From the NCBI GenBank assembly GCA_964491395.1, contig CAZBGI010000002.1, forward strand, positions 51,768 through 115,767: a stretch of DNA of 64,000 nt. The letters run 5' to 3'. Made by a program: the position numbers and the translations under genes. Origin of the DNA: an uncultured Bacteroidales bacterium (GTDB taxonomy: Bacteria > Bacteroidota > Bacteroidia > Bacteroidales > UBA7960). Shown here piece by piece: positions 55,660 through 64,000 of the stretch. The notes beneath the pieces are model-generated. The model was not told where the DNA came from and made no database searches. It saw nothing but the letters and a program-made list of their open reading frames with translations. Numbering within the stretch: the first letter of the stretch is position 1; each line of letters begins with the position of its first letter.

Positions 55660-56026
55660 GAAAAATTCACGATATAATCCTGGCTTTGACAAGGATCTTG
55701 TATAAAACAAAAGCATGGCAGAACACAAATATCAGCAAAGTCGGGACTGAAAATATTAGCTGCCGGTTTGCTTTAAAACCCGTCAACCTCCCTATTTTTT
55801 GTATTTTTGCATAGCCAAAAAAAGTATTTTTCTCAAAACTGGGTTTACGGTCGATGAGCAGTTGCACAACCTTTCTTTACCATCAATAAGACTGCAGGGA
55901 ACAATTTGCATATACCCTTTGTGAATCAGACTCGCTTATTGAACTGGTATTGAGAAAACTCTTGCTTGTTAGAAATATTTCCTGCCTGTTGGTTGGCACA
56001 AAACACTTAATAAAATTTACTGAGCC

Positions 56027-57445
56027 ATGGATAAACTTACCAAAATAGTTGCGACGATCTCCGATAAATACTGTGATGAAGACTTTCTGCGCAGAATGAT
56101 AAAAGCCGGAATGAATGTGGTGCGCATAAATACAGCCCATCAGCAGCCTGACGACACCCTGAAGATCATGGAAACGGTTAAAAAGATTACCAGGCGTGTC
56201 CCGATATTGATAGATACCAAAGGTCCGGAGATTCGCACCGTAAATTCAGGAAAAGATATTGAAGTTCAGAAAGGGCAAACCATCAAGGTTGCCGGAGATC
56301 CTGAAGGAGCATCCTCTTCACATTGTTTGTTCGTCAATTACAAAGAATTTGTGGCCAGCCTGGAAGTGGGCAAAAGCATTATGATAGATGATGGTGATAT
56401 TGAGTTGGAGGTAAAAGAGAAGCATGACAAGTATCTTATTTGTGAGGTAAAAAACCAGGGGTTGATAAAACCCCGAAAAAGTATCAACCTGCCCGGAAGC
56501 ACGATTGCCTTGCCTTCCCTGTCTGAAAAGGATTTGGAATATATAAAATTTTCCGTTGAACATGATATTGACTTTATTGCCCATTCTTTTGTACGCAACA
56601 AAGAAGATATACTGTCTATTCAGGAGATATTGGACAAACACAACAGCAAGATAAAAATTATTGCCAAGATTGAGAACCAGCAAGGTGTTGATAATATAGA
56701 TGAAATCCTCGATCATGTTTATGGTATCATGGTGGCCAGGGGCGATTTGGCCATTGAAGTACCTGCGGAAAAAATTCCCGGCATTCAGGCAAATCTTGTT
56801 GCCAAGTGTATAAAGAGAAAGAAGGCCGTTATTGTTGCCACCCAAATGCTGCACAGCATGATTGAAAGTCCCCGCCCCACAAGGGCCGAAGTTACTGACA
56901 TTGCCAATGCCGTTTTCACCGGAGCTGATGCTGTGATGCTCAGTGGCGAAACTGCCTACGGAAAATATCCACTGGAATCGGTGCTTACCATGGCCAAAAC
57001 TGTCAGGGAAGCCGAAAAATCGAGATCCCTTTTTGCCGAAGATAATGTATTGCCTCATGAGAATGAAATATCCGTATTTCTGTCTAAAATGGCGGTCCGG
57101 TCTATCGAAAAACTAAAAGCCAAAGCCATCATTACAGACACGGATACAGGAAAAACAGCCCGATACCTGGCGGCATTTCGTGGAAAATCACCCATTTATG
57201 CACAATGCTACGATGATCGGGTTTTGAGAGAACTTGCACTGAACTATGGTATTTATGCCGACTTTATAGATGTAGAAACCTCTAAAAAGGAGTTTATTGA
57301 ATATACCCTGAAACGACTCATGAAATCAAATGAGCTTAATCAGGAGGACCTGATTGCTGTTCTTGCCGGCAATTACGGCAAAAAATCGGGTCCTTCATTT
57401 GTGGAGATAAGTACCGTAGGCAATATGCTTTCCAGTAAGAAATAA
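56027..57445 (+). CDS. pyk: pyruvate kinase
   Basis: TKIVATISD, MNVVRINTAH, IIAKIENQQGVDNIDEI, MVARGDLAIEV, ATQMLHSM. Confidence 0.95.
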   Translation: MDKLTKIVATISDKYCDEDFLRRMIKAGMNVVRINTAHQQPDDTLKIMETVKKITRRVPILIDTKGPEIRTVNSGKDIEVQKGQTIKVAGDPEGASSSHCLFVNYKEFVASLEVGKSIMIDDGDIELEVKEKHDKYLICEVKNQGLIKPRKSINLPGSTIALPSLSEKDLEYIKFSVEHDIDFIAHSFVRNKEDILSIQEILDKHNSKIKIIAKIENQQGVDNIDEILDHVYGIMVARGDLAIEVPAEKIPGIQANLVAKCIKRKKAVIVATQMLHSMIESPRPTRAEVTDIANAVFTGADAVMLSGETAYGKYPLESVLTMAKTVREAEKSRSLFAEDNVLPHENEISVFLSKMAVRSIEKLKAKAIITDTDTGKTARYLAAFRGKSPIYAQCYDDRVLRELALNYGIYADFIDVETSKKEFIEYTLKRLMKSNELNQEDLIAVLAGNYGKKSGPSFVEISTVGNMLSSKK

Positions 57446-57465
57446 GTTCGGTTTATACAAAGTAT

Positions 57466-58824
57466 ATGACATTAAAAGTAAAAGATATCAACCTGGATCT
57501 TATACGGGATGCTATAAGGAAGGAGCAACGTGATTTTCTGCAGGAAATCGTCAATGAGCTACATCCCGCCGACATTGCAGAGTTTATTGATGACTTAAGC
57601 CTGGAAGAGGCAAAATATTTGTATACCTTCCTGGAAAAGGAAGAGGCTGCAGATGTTTTAATGGAGCTGGAAGATGACGTGCGGGAAAAGTTTCTCGATT
57701 CCTTTTCCACCCAGGAAATTGCCCGGGAATTTATCAACAACCTTGACTCGGATGATGCTGCCGACCTTATTTCTGAGTTACCCCAGGAGAAAAGAGAAGA
57801 TGTGCTCAATCACCTGGAAGACCGGAAACAGGCTAAAGATATTGCCGATTTGCTGGTATATCCGTCCAACTCTGCCGGAGGATTAATGGCCAAAGAGTAC
57901 ATCAAGGTAAATGTCAATTGGCATGTAGTTACCTGTATTCGTGAAATGAGAAAACAGGCAGAAGAGGTAGAGGAAGTGTATTCAGTTTACGTGGTAGACG
58001 ACGATGATGTATTGTTGGGGTTGCTTTCGCTCAAAAAACTTTTGATCGCTTCTCCCAGGGCTAAAGTAGCGGAACTGTATTCTCCCGATGTTGTGAGTGT
58101 AAAAGCAACTCAAAAAGGGGAAGAGGTGGCTAACCTGATGAATAAATACGATCTGGTAGTGATGCCCGTACTTGATGAATTGGGGCGTCTTATTGGAAGA
58201 ATAACCATTGATGATGTGGTAGACTTTATCAAAGAAGAAGCCGAGAAAGACTACCAGATGATGTCGGGGATGACCCAGAATATTGAGTCTGACGATAAGA
58301 TTTGGGAGATTACCCAGGGACGTTTGTTCTGGTTGGTGGTGGCATTATTCGGTGGGATAATCGGTTCACGAGTAGTTGCCAATTATGAAGAACAGATAGG
58401 AATGTATCCCGAAATGGCTTTTTTTATGGCTTTGATACCGGCCATGGCAGGGAATGTTGGCGTGCAGTCTTCAGCTCTTATTGTAAAAGGCCTTGCCAAT
58501 AACAGCCTCACAGCAGGGATTCTTCCCAAGCTATGGAAGGAAGCATCTGTGGGTTTTATCAACGGACTGGTTTGTTCTGCCATCTTACTCCTGTATAGTT
58601 TTTTCTTTGCACCCTCGCTGGCGCTAAGTATCACGGTAAGTGTGTCACTGATGACCGTAATCATGTTTGCTTCCATTTTTGGAACTTTCGTACCTTTGGC
58701 GCTGGATAAACTTAAGATTGACCCTGCATTGGCCACGGGACCCTTTATTACTACCTCCAATGATATTATCGGGCTATTCTTATATTTTATGATAGGAAGG
58801 GTGATGTATGGATTTTTTATGTGA
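57466..58824 (+). CDS. mgtE: magnesium transporter MgtE
   Basis: MgtE N-domain, CBS pair and a C-terminal 5-TM domain (PAMAGNVGVQSSALIV, ATGPFITTSNDIIG). Starts 20 nt after pyk. Confidence 0.95.
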   Translation: MTLKVKDINLDLIRDAIRKEQRDFLQEIVNELHPADIAEFIDDLSLEEAKYLYTFLEKEEAADVLMELEDDVREKFLDSFSTQEIAREFINNLDSDDAADLISELPQEKREDVLNHLEDRKQAKDIADLLVYPSNSAGGLMAKEYIKVNVNWHVVTCIREMRKQAEEVEEVYSVYVVDDDDVLLGLLSLKKLLIASPRAKVAELYSPDVVSVKATQKGEEVANLMNKYDLVVMPVLDELGRLIGRITIDDVVDFIKEEAEKDYQMMSGMTQNIESDDKIWEITQGRLFWLVVALFGGIIGSRVVANYEEQIGMYPEMAFFMALIPAMAGNVGVQSSALIVKGLANNSLTAGILPKLWKEASVGFINGLVCSAILLLYSFFFAPSLALSITVSVSLMTVIMFASIFGTFVPLALDKLKIDPALATGPFITTSNDIIGLFLYFMIGRVMYGFFM

Positions 58825-58934
58825 TGATAAGGGAGGTTACCTTGTTGAACAATAATCGTTTGGCAGCACCGTTGTACTAAATTATTGCAAAGCTTTATTG
58901 CGTAAAAAAACATGTGGATATCCATATAAAATTG

Positions 58935-58942
58935 TAAATTTG
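58935..58942 (+). promoter_or_regulatory. Bacteroidota-type -7 box for the wza/wzc-like operon
   Basis: TAAATTTG, 62 nt upstream of ATG 59004. Confidence 0.45.
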
Positions 58943-59003
58943 TCCGGATTTATTGGATTCCAAAAGGAAATATTCCCCGATATAAACAAACCTGAGACTT
59001 TTT

Positions 59004-59831
59004 ATGACCCCTTACCGCCTGCAAGAATGTTCTGTTTTTTTCTCAAAATGTAACCTGAATCGGCCATTTTTTCTAGGAGCCATATTGTTGGTGACACTGT
59101 TTGCCTCCTGCACACCCCACAACAAAATTGTTTATCTGCAACGGGAGGCAGAAGAGATGGAGCGCTTCGAATTTACCCGGCCCGATTATCGCATCAAATC
59201 AGGTGATATCTTACACATCCAGGTTCTTACCCACGATGAGAAGTCTTATGCCATGTTTAACAGCGACAGGAGCGGACAGCGCACAACGGCTGCCGGTGGT
59301 GGAGGGATAGGCAACGTGCAGATGTATTTACATGGTTATAATGTAAAACAAAACGGTGAAATTACCATGCCCGTGTTAGGCGAGATTATGGTGGAAGGAA
59401 AAACCATTGAAGAGGCAACCCGGCATATTGGAACGCAGGTTGAAGAATATTTGATTGGAGCTACGGTATTGATAAAACTTGTTAACTTTTCTTTTTCTGT
59501 ATTAGGGGAGGTGGGAAGCCCCGGAAAATATTACGTGTACGATAACCGCGTGAGTATACTTGACGCCATTGCCACAGCCGGCGATCTTACCGATTTTGGC
59601 AAACGCAATATTACCATCGTCCGCCAAACCGACGAAGGGGCAACATTTGGATCCATTAACCTTAATGATGCATCAACTCTCACCTCAGATTATTATTACC
59701 TGCAACCCAACGACATTGTATATGTTGAACCTCAACGAATAAAAAGATTGGGGTTTAATCAGTTTCCATTTGCTTTGATTTTTTCCACCATATCTACTAC
59801 GCTTCTGCTAATCAACTACTTTAGTAATTAA
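59004..59831 (+). CDS. polysaccharide biosynthesis/export protein (Wza-like, Poly_export plus SLBB)
   Basis: Lipobox (TLFASC), YRIKSGDILHIQV (Poly_export), GEVGSPGKYYVYDNRVSILDAIATAGDLTDFG (SLBB). Confidence 0.8.
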   Translation: MTPYRLQECSVFFSKCNLNRPFFLGAILLVTLFASCTPHNKIVYLQREAEEMERFEFTRPDYRIKSGDILHIQVLTHDEKSYAMFNSDRSGQRTTAAGGGGIGNVQMYLHGYNVKQNGEITMPVLGEIMVEGKTIEEATRHIGTQVEEYLIGATVLIKLVNFSFSVLGEVGSPGKYYVYDNRVSILDAIATAGDLTDFGKRNITIVRQTDEGATFGSINLNDASTLTSDYYYLQPNDIVYVEPQRIKRLGFNQFPFALIFSTISTTLLLINYFSN

Positions 59832-59879
59832 TTCAGGCGTGTTGTCTGATCTTAAACCAGGAAACCCTATCCTCCACGT

Positions 59880-62321
59880 ATGAATAAAGACCCCTTCCGC
59901 GAAGAAACACTGGATGTAAAAAAGATAATTTTCAAGTATACGAAATACTGGTACTGGTTTGTTATCAGTCTTACGGTAGCGCTTACCATCGCCTATTTTG
60001 TAAATAAATTTTCCGAAACGGTGTACCGCACCCGTGCTACGGTGCTCATCCGCGATGACCGCAAAGGAGGATTTCGCCCCGGGCAAATCATGGGAGAACT
60101 CGATTTGTTCTACCAGCGAAACAACCTGTTTAACGAAATGGCTGTATTAAGATCCTATTCGCTGGTAGATTCTGCCATCCGGAAAATGGATGTGAAAGTT
60201 TCCTATTACAACATTGGAAGGCTTGTAGGCGAAATGAGGACCACGGAGATTTACAAGAACACGCCTTTTATAGTGGATTGGGACGAAAGCTCCCCTGTGC
60301 CCTACAACAGGCTGTTTCATGTTAAGATTATATCGGAGGATACCTATGAAATCAAGCTCACCGAGAAGAAACGGTTCAGAATCCGCAACGGTGAAGAAAC
60401 GAATCTGGTGAAATTTGGAGATGTTTTTCAGGCAGATGGTTTTCGAATCAGGCTGACCAAAAATACCAATTTTAACCCGGAAAGTCATATAAGCAGAGAA
60501 TATCTTTTTGTAATTAACAGCGCAGCTTCTCTTACTTCCGGGTACGTTAATTCATTGGGGGTATCGCCCCTTAACGATGAGGTATCCATTGTTCATTTAT
60601 CATTTGAGGCTACCCATCCCGAGCGTGCAGTAGATTTTCTCAATACCCTTACCGAGGTGTATGTGCAGCAGAGTTTGTATGAAAAAAACCAGATTGCTGA
60701 AAACACCATTCGGTTCATAGATGCCCAGATCAATGTTGTTTCCGATTCTTTGCTCTTGGCAGAAACTTCTCTTGAAGATTTCAGGAGCCGAAACCAACTC
60801 ATGGAAGTGGGGGAAGCTGCCCAACAGCTTTTCAGTGAATTGCAGGAACTGGACAACCAAAGAGCCATCGAAAACCTGAAACGCCAGTATTACGAATATC
60901 TGCTGGAATATATTGACAATAAGGGCGACTTCAGAACAGTCTTCAGTCCTTCAGCATTGGGAATTGAAGATGCTATGCTGCAAAATCATATTCGCGAGTT
61001 AAGTAATCTGTATGCAGAACGAGCCCGTTTAATGGAATCAGGGACCAGGGAGAATCCTGCTATTCAGAATATCAACCGGCAAATAGAACAGGCCCTGGAG
61101 GCGTTTGAAGAAAATCTCAGAAGTATACAAAGCGCATCAGATATTTTAATGACAGATCTTGACCGACGGATCGAAACTGTTGAATCGCGGATTGATCAAC
61201 TTCCGGGGACAGCCAGGGAATATGTGGGCATACAGAGACGGTTCAACCTGAGTAATTCTACTTACAATTATTTACTCGAAAAGCGTGCAGAGGCAGGCAT
61301 TGCCATGGCCAGCAATGTACCTGATCACAAAATTGTTGACCGGGCACGATTTACCAGTGTGGTGGCACCCAAGGAGCAACGCAATTATACTTTTGCTATG
61401 GTTGCCGGTTTGATTATTCCTCTGGCATTGATTCTTTTGCGCGATTTCTTCGATAATCGCATTCAGGATAAAAAAGAGGTTACCGACATGGTCGATTTTC
61501 CTATTTTGGGTGTGATACCTCACAATAAACTCGCAGCAAAAGTGGAAGCCCTGAACCTGGTAGTTTTCGCCGATAATAAATCCCCGGTTACAGAGGCTTT
61601 CAGGGCTATGCGAACCAATCTGCAGTATTTTGCCACAGGTACCAAAAACAAAGTAATTTCCATCACATCAACCCGCTCGCAGGAGGGCAAGACCTTTACA
61701 GCCATCAACCTGGCTTCTGTAATTGCTTTGTCCGGCAAAAAAGTGTTGCTTGTAGGAGCAGACCTTAGAAAGCCCCGTATTTTTGATGACTTTCATATTA
61801 ATCAGGTTCCCGGGTTGTCCAACTTCCTGGTAGGAAACAACACCCTGGAAGAGATTATTCAACCTGTAGAGCATAGTCCCAACCTGCAGGTTATTTCTGC
61901 CGGACCCATACCTCCCAACCCCAGTGAGTTGCTGGAGTCAGAAACCATGGATATGTTGATGAAAACCCTCAAACCCCAGTATGACTATATTGTGATTGAT
62001 ACACCACCCATTGGGATTGTTCCTGATGGCATTAACCTCATCAAAAACTCTGATATTGCCATATTTATCGTAAGGCAAAAATTCAGCGATAAATCCAGCC
62101 TTGAATTCTTAAACGAATTTGCAGAAAAAATTGATGCCCGTAATATCTGTATTGAAATCAACGATGTGAAACTGTCACGTACCGGCTATGGATACGGTTA
62201 TGGATATGGCTACGGGTATGGCTACGGCTATACGGATTATGGTGATCAAAGTGAAACCGAAGGAAATCCCTTAAAAAAATGGTATAATCTGGTTAATAAA
62301 GGACTTAGAAAAAAAGCCTGA
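59880..62321 (+). CDS. polysaccharide biosynthesis tyrosine autokinase (Wzc/GumC-like)
   Basis: N-terminal Wzz-type domain with two TM helices, a long periplasmic coiled-coil, and a BY-kinase domain (Walker A SITSTRSQEGKTFTAINLA, A' VLLVGADLRKP, B YDYIVIDTPP). C-terminal tyrosine cluster. Confidence 0.85.
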   Translation: MNKDPFREETLDVKKIIFKYTKYWYWFVISLTVALTIAYFVNKFSETVYRTRATVLIRDDRKGGFRPGQIMGELDLFYQRNNLFNEMAVLRSYSLVDSAIRKMDVKVSYYNIGRLVGEMRTTEIYKNTPFIVDWDESSPVPYNRLFHVKIISEDTYEIKLTEKKRFRIRNGEETNLVKFGDVFQADGFRIRLTKNTNFNPESHISREYLFVINSAASLTSGYVNSLGVSPLNDEVSIVHLSFEATHPERAVDFLNTLTEVYVQQSLYEKNQIAENTIRFIDAQINVVSDSLLLAETSLEDFRSRNQLMEVGEAAQQLFSELQELDNQRAIENLKRQYYEYLLEYIDNKGDFRTVFSPSALGIEDAMLQNHIRELSNLYAERARLMESGTRENPAIQNINRQIEQALEAFEENLRSIQSASDILMTDLDRRIETVESRIDQLPGTAREYVGIQRRFNLSNSTYNYLLEKRAEAGIAMASNVPDHKIVDRARFTSVVAPKEQRNYTFAMVAGLIIPLALILLRDFFDNRIQDKKEVTDMVDFPILGVIPHNKLAAKVEALNLVVFADNKSPVTEAFRAMRTNLQYFATGTKNKVISITSTRSQEGKTFTAINLASVIALSGKKVLLVGADLRKPRIFDDFHINQVPGLSNFLVGNNTLEEIIQPVEHSPNLQVISAGPIPPNPSELLESETMDMLMKTLKPQYDYIVIDTPPIGIVPDGINLIKNSDIAIFIVRQKFSDKSSLEFLNEFAEKIDARNICIEINDVKLSRTGYGYGYGYGYGYGYGYTDYGDQSETEGNPLKKWYNLVNKGLRKKA
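62184..62231 (+). repeat. imperfect hexanucleotide repeat encoding (Gly-Tyr)x8, the C-terminal Tyr cluster of the autokinase
   Basis: ggctat ggatac ggttat ggatat ggctac gggtat ggctac ggctat, followed by TDYG. Confidence 0.9.
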
Positions 62322-62429
62322 TATTTCTGGCATTTGGAAACCCAGCCGGTGTGTATATCAGAAAGAACCGGTTGTACAATCATTTGCCGGTGCCTATCTG
62401 TTGTATTTATTCATGCAATATTCCCGATC

Positions 62430-63887
62430 ATGAAAAACCTATGGTTAGTTTCCTTTTTTGCCATTCTGTTTTTGCCGAATGAATCTGTTTTGGGACAGAA
62501 CACCCTGACAGATATAGATGGCAATGTTTATGAAACCGTCATTATCGGAGATCAGGAATGGATGGCAGAGAATCTGCGAACGGAGCGCTATGTTAACGGA
62601 GAACTGATTCCCTCATCCCCCGCAAGCTTCGCAAGTGGTGTGGAAGGTGCATGGGTTGCGTACGACAACGACATGCAAAACAACCTACTGTATGGTAAAT
62701 TATACAATTGGCATGCTGTAAACGATTCCAGAGAATTATGCCCGGCAGGCTGGCGTGTACCTACAGTAGATGACTGGCAGGAGCTTACTTCATTTCTTGA
62801 TCCGCAAGCATGGGGCAACAACAATATCGCCGGTACTGAGTTGAAATCGCGCAGGCAGGTAGATTCCCCTCTCGGCAATGAATTTTCCACCGATGAACAT
62901 CCCCGGTGGGATGCACATGCACAAAGGTTCGGAACCGATGCTCATGGCTTCGCCGCCCTGCCCTCCGGAGTTTATAATCCTCAGGAGGGGTTTATGCACA
63001 AGGGTAACTATGGCTATTTCTGGAGTGCTACGCCTGCAACAGAAGAATTTGCCTGGGCACAAGTGCTTATTTACAGTAACAAGGGAATGAGTCGCTCGGC
63101 TTATGCGAAAAATACCGGCTTTTCGGTAAGATGCATCAAGAGTGAAGAGCTGACCACTTACAACCTGACCTTGCAGGTGGAACCGGAGGGTTCTGGCGCT
63201 GTCAATGGAGCTGGAAATTTCCAGGCAGGACAACAAACGAGTATTTCTGCTACCCCCGCTGAAGGTTATGTTTTTAGTGCCTGGAAAGATGAACAGGGGA
63301 ATATTGAAAGTACTGAACCTGAATACATCTTTGTCATGCCGGCCGAAGATTATACCCTGAAGGCTGTTTTCGAAACGGAGCCTCCTTTTTCCATAACCAG
63401 CTTCCCCTGGACAGAAAATTTTGAAGGGGACGATTTTCCTCCAGAGGGTTGGCAAAGCTATAACCTTAATGGGGCTTTCAGAGAATGGGAATTGTCGACT
63501 GTACAAAACCACACCCCATCAGGTGCGCAAAGTGCATTCCATAATTACGGACCTGCCTTTGACGGAATGCAGGAAGGTTGGCTGGTAACTCCCCTAATGG
63601 AGATTCCGGAAAACAGCAATTTCGAACTCTCTTTCTGGTCTTATAACTCCTGGCCCGCATGGTATGATAACAATAGTATATGGGTTTCTTTAGGTTCGGG
63701 GAATCCTGAAGATGGTGAATTTGTCCAAATCTGGACCACTTCCAGCGTGGTTAGCTCGTGGGAAAATACGATGGTGGATTTGCAGGATTATGCAGGACAA
63801 AATATTTTTATCGCCTTTCGATACCAGGGGCAGGACTCCCACAACTGGTTTCTCGATGATGTTTCTGTGGGCGAAACAGGAGAGTAA
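62430..63887 (+). CDS. secreted FISUMP-domain (Fibrobacter succinogenes major paralogous domain) protein with a choice-of-anchor-J-like C-terminal domain
   Basis: Signal peptide from the ATG at 62430 (MKNLWLVSFFAILFLP). IGDQEWMAENL..YGKLYNWHAV..CPAGWRVPTVDDWQEL..GYFWSAT is the FISUMP pattern. The C-terminal WTENFEGDDFPPEGWQ...WFLDDVSV resembles choice-of-anchor J. Confidence 0.65.
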   Translation: MKNLWLVSFFAILFLPNESVLGQNTLTDIDGNVYETVIIGDQEWMAENLRTERYVNGELIPSSPASFASGVEGAWVAYDNDMQNNLLYGKLYNWHAVNDSRELCPAGWRVPTVDDWQELTSFLDPQAWGNNNIAGTELKSRRQVDSPLGNEFSTDEHPRWDAHAQRFGTDAHGFAALPSGVYNPQEGFMHKGNYGYFWSATPATEEFAWAQVLIYSNKGMSRSAYAKNTGFSVRCIKSEELTTYNLTLQVEPEGSGAVNGAGNFQAGQQTSISATPAEGYVFSAWKDEQGNIESTEPEYIFVMPAEDYTLKAVFETEPPFSITSFPWTENFEGDDFPPEGWQSYNLNGAFREWELSTVQNHTPSGAQSAFHNYGPAFDGMQEGWLVTPLMEIPENSNFELSFWSYNSWPAWYDNNSIWVSLGSGNPEDGEFVQIWTTSSVVSSWENTMVDLQDYAGQNIFIAFRYQGQDSHNWFLDDVSVGETGE

Positions 63888-63893
63888 CTTACA

Positions 63894-63910
63894 CCCCCCC
63901 CCCAAAAAAA
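63894..63910. repeat. homopolymeric tract C10 followed by A7
   Basis: 63894-63903 is ten C and 63904-63910 is seven A. It begins 7 nt after the stop codon at 63885-63887. Confidence 0.95.
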
Positions 63911-63922
63911 CAAACGTACGTT

Positions 63923-63930
63923 TAAATTTG
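63923..63930 (+). promoter_or_regulatory. Bacteroidota-type -7 box for a gene beyond the right edge
   Basis: TAAATTTG, overlapping the end of the 12-bp palindrome AAACGTACGTTT (63912-63923) and 13 nt downstream of the C10A7 tract. Confidence 0.35.
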
Positions 63931-64000
63931 TGAATTATTTTGATTAACTTAGAGAAGGAAGCCTGAGATATTTCATTTCCTTTAATGGGTAAATAAATCA

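Noticed and set aside
55802-55809. TATTTTTG box 218 nt upstream of pyk, followed by an 11-codon ORF (possible leader or sRNA promoter)
   Set aside because: It is a single 8-mer match at an atypically long distance, with no associated hairpin or terminator. It could be chance in an AT-rich spacer.
1-64000. Search by eye for CRISPR arrays, tRNA/rRNA/tmRNA genes, IS elements, integrases, toxin-antitoxin pairs and known defence genes
   Set aside because: None found. Every spacer longer than 150 bp was read on both strands, and no direct-repeat arrays, cloverleaf-compatible sequences or transposase-like ORFs were seen. A proper tRNAscan, Infernal or PADLOC/DefenseFinder run would be needed to make this negative result firm.

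Overview
By eye, this window is ordinary core chromosome of a Bacteroidota (CFB-group) bacterium. Supporting evidence: adjacent gldD-gldE, two peptidases with T9SS type-A C-terminal sorting domains, repeated TAnnTTTG -7 promoter boxes 20-100 bp upstream of start codons, and the panD/panC / short glycogen-synthase-like / DUF4270-like / glmS gene order. I call about 49 protein genes with almost no unassigned space.

Main contents:
- Housekeeping genes: pheT, glyQS, ileS, asd, deoC, panCD, glmS, pyk, mgtE, lspA.
- An envelope-glycan cluster at the left edge: TagF-like, O-antigen-ligase-like, GNAT, FkbM and LpxL-like genes.
- An ECF sigma factor with a putative anti-sigma partner.
- A TetR-TolC-MFP-RND efflux operon.
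- A wza/wzc-type polysaccharide export pair at the right edge.

I found no rRNA, tRNA, CRISPR array, transposase, integrase or recognisable defence genes. The only mobile-element trace is a decayed fragment of a group II intron reverse transcriptase downstream of glmS.

I cannot point to a clear undescribed multi-gene system. The best candidates for unexplored biology are:
1. A tandem pair of paralogous TM / coiled-coil / beta-domain proteins (16013-17965).
2. Two small genes (P-II-like and ACP-like) at the tail of the RND operon (44794-45403).
3. An EF-G paralogue whose catalytic His is replaced by Phe.
4. The reverse transcriptase relic.
5. A C10A7 homopolymer tract directly upstream of a promoter-like box at the right edge.

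All functional calls rest on motif recognition by eye. No database search was run.
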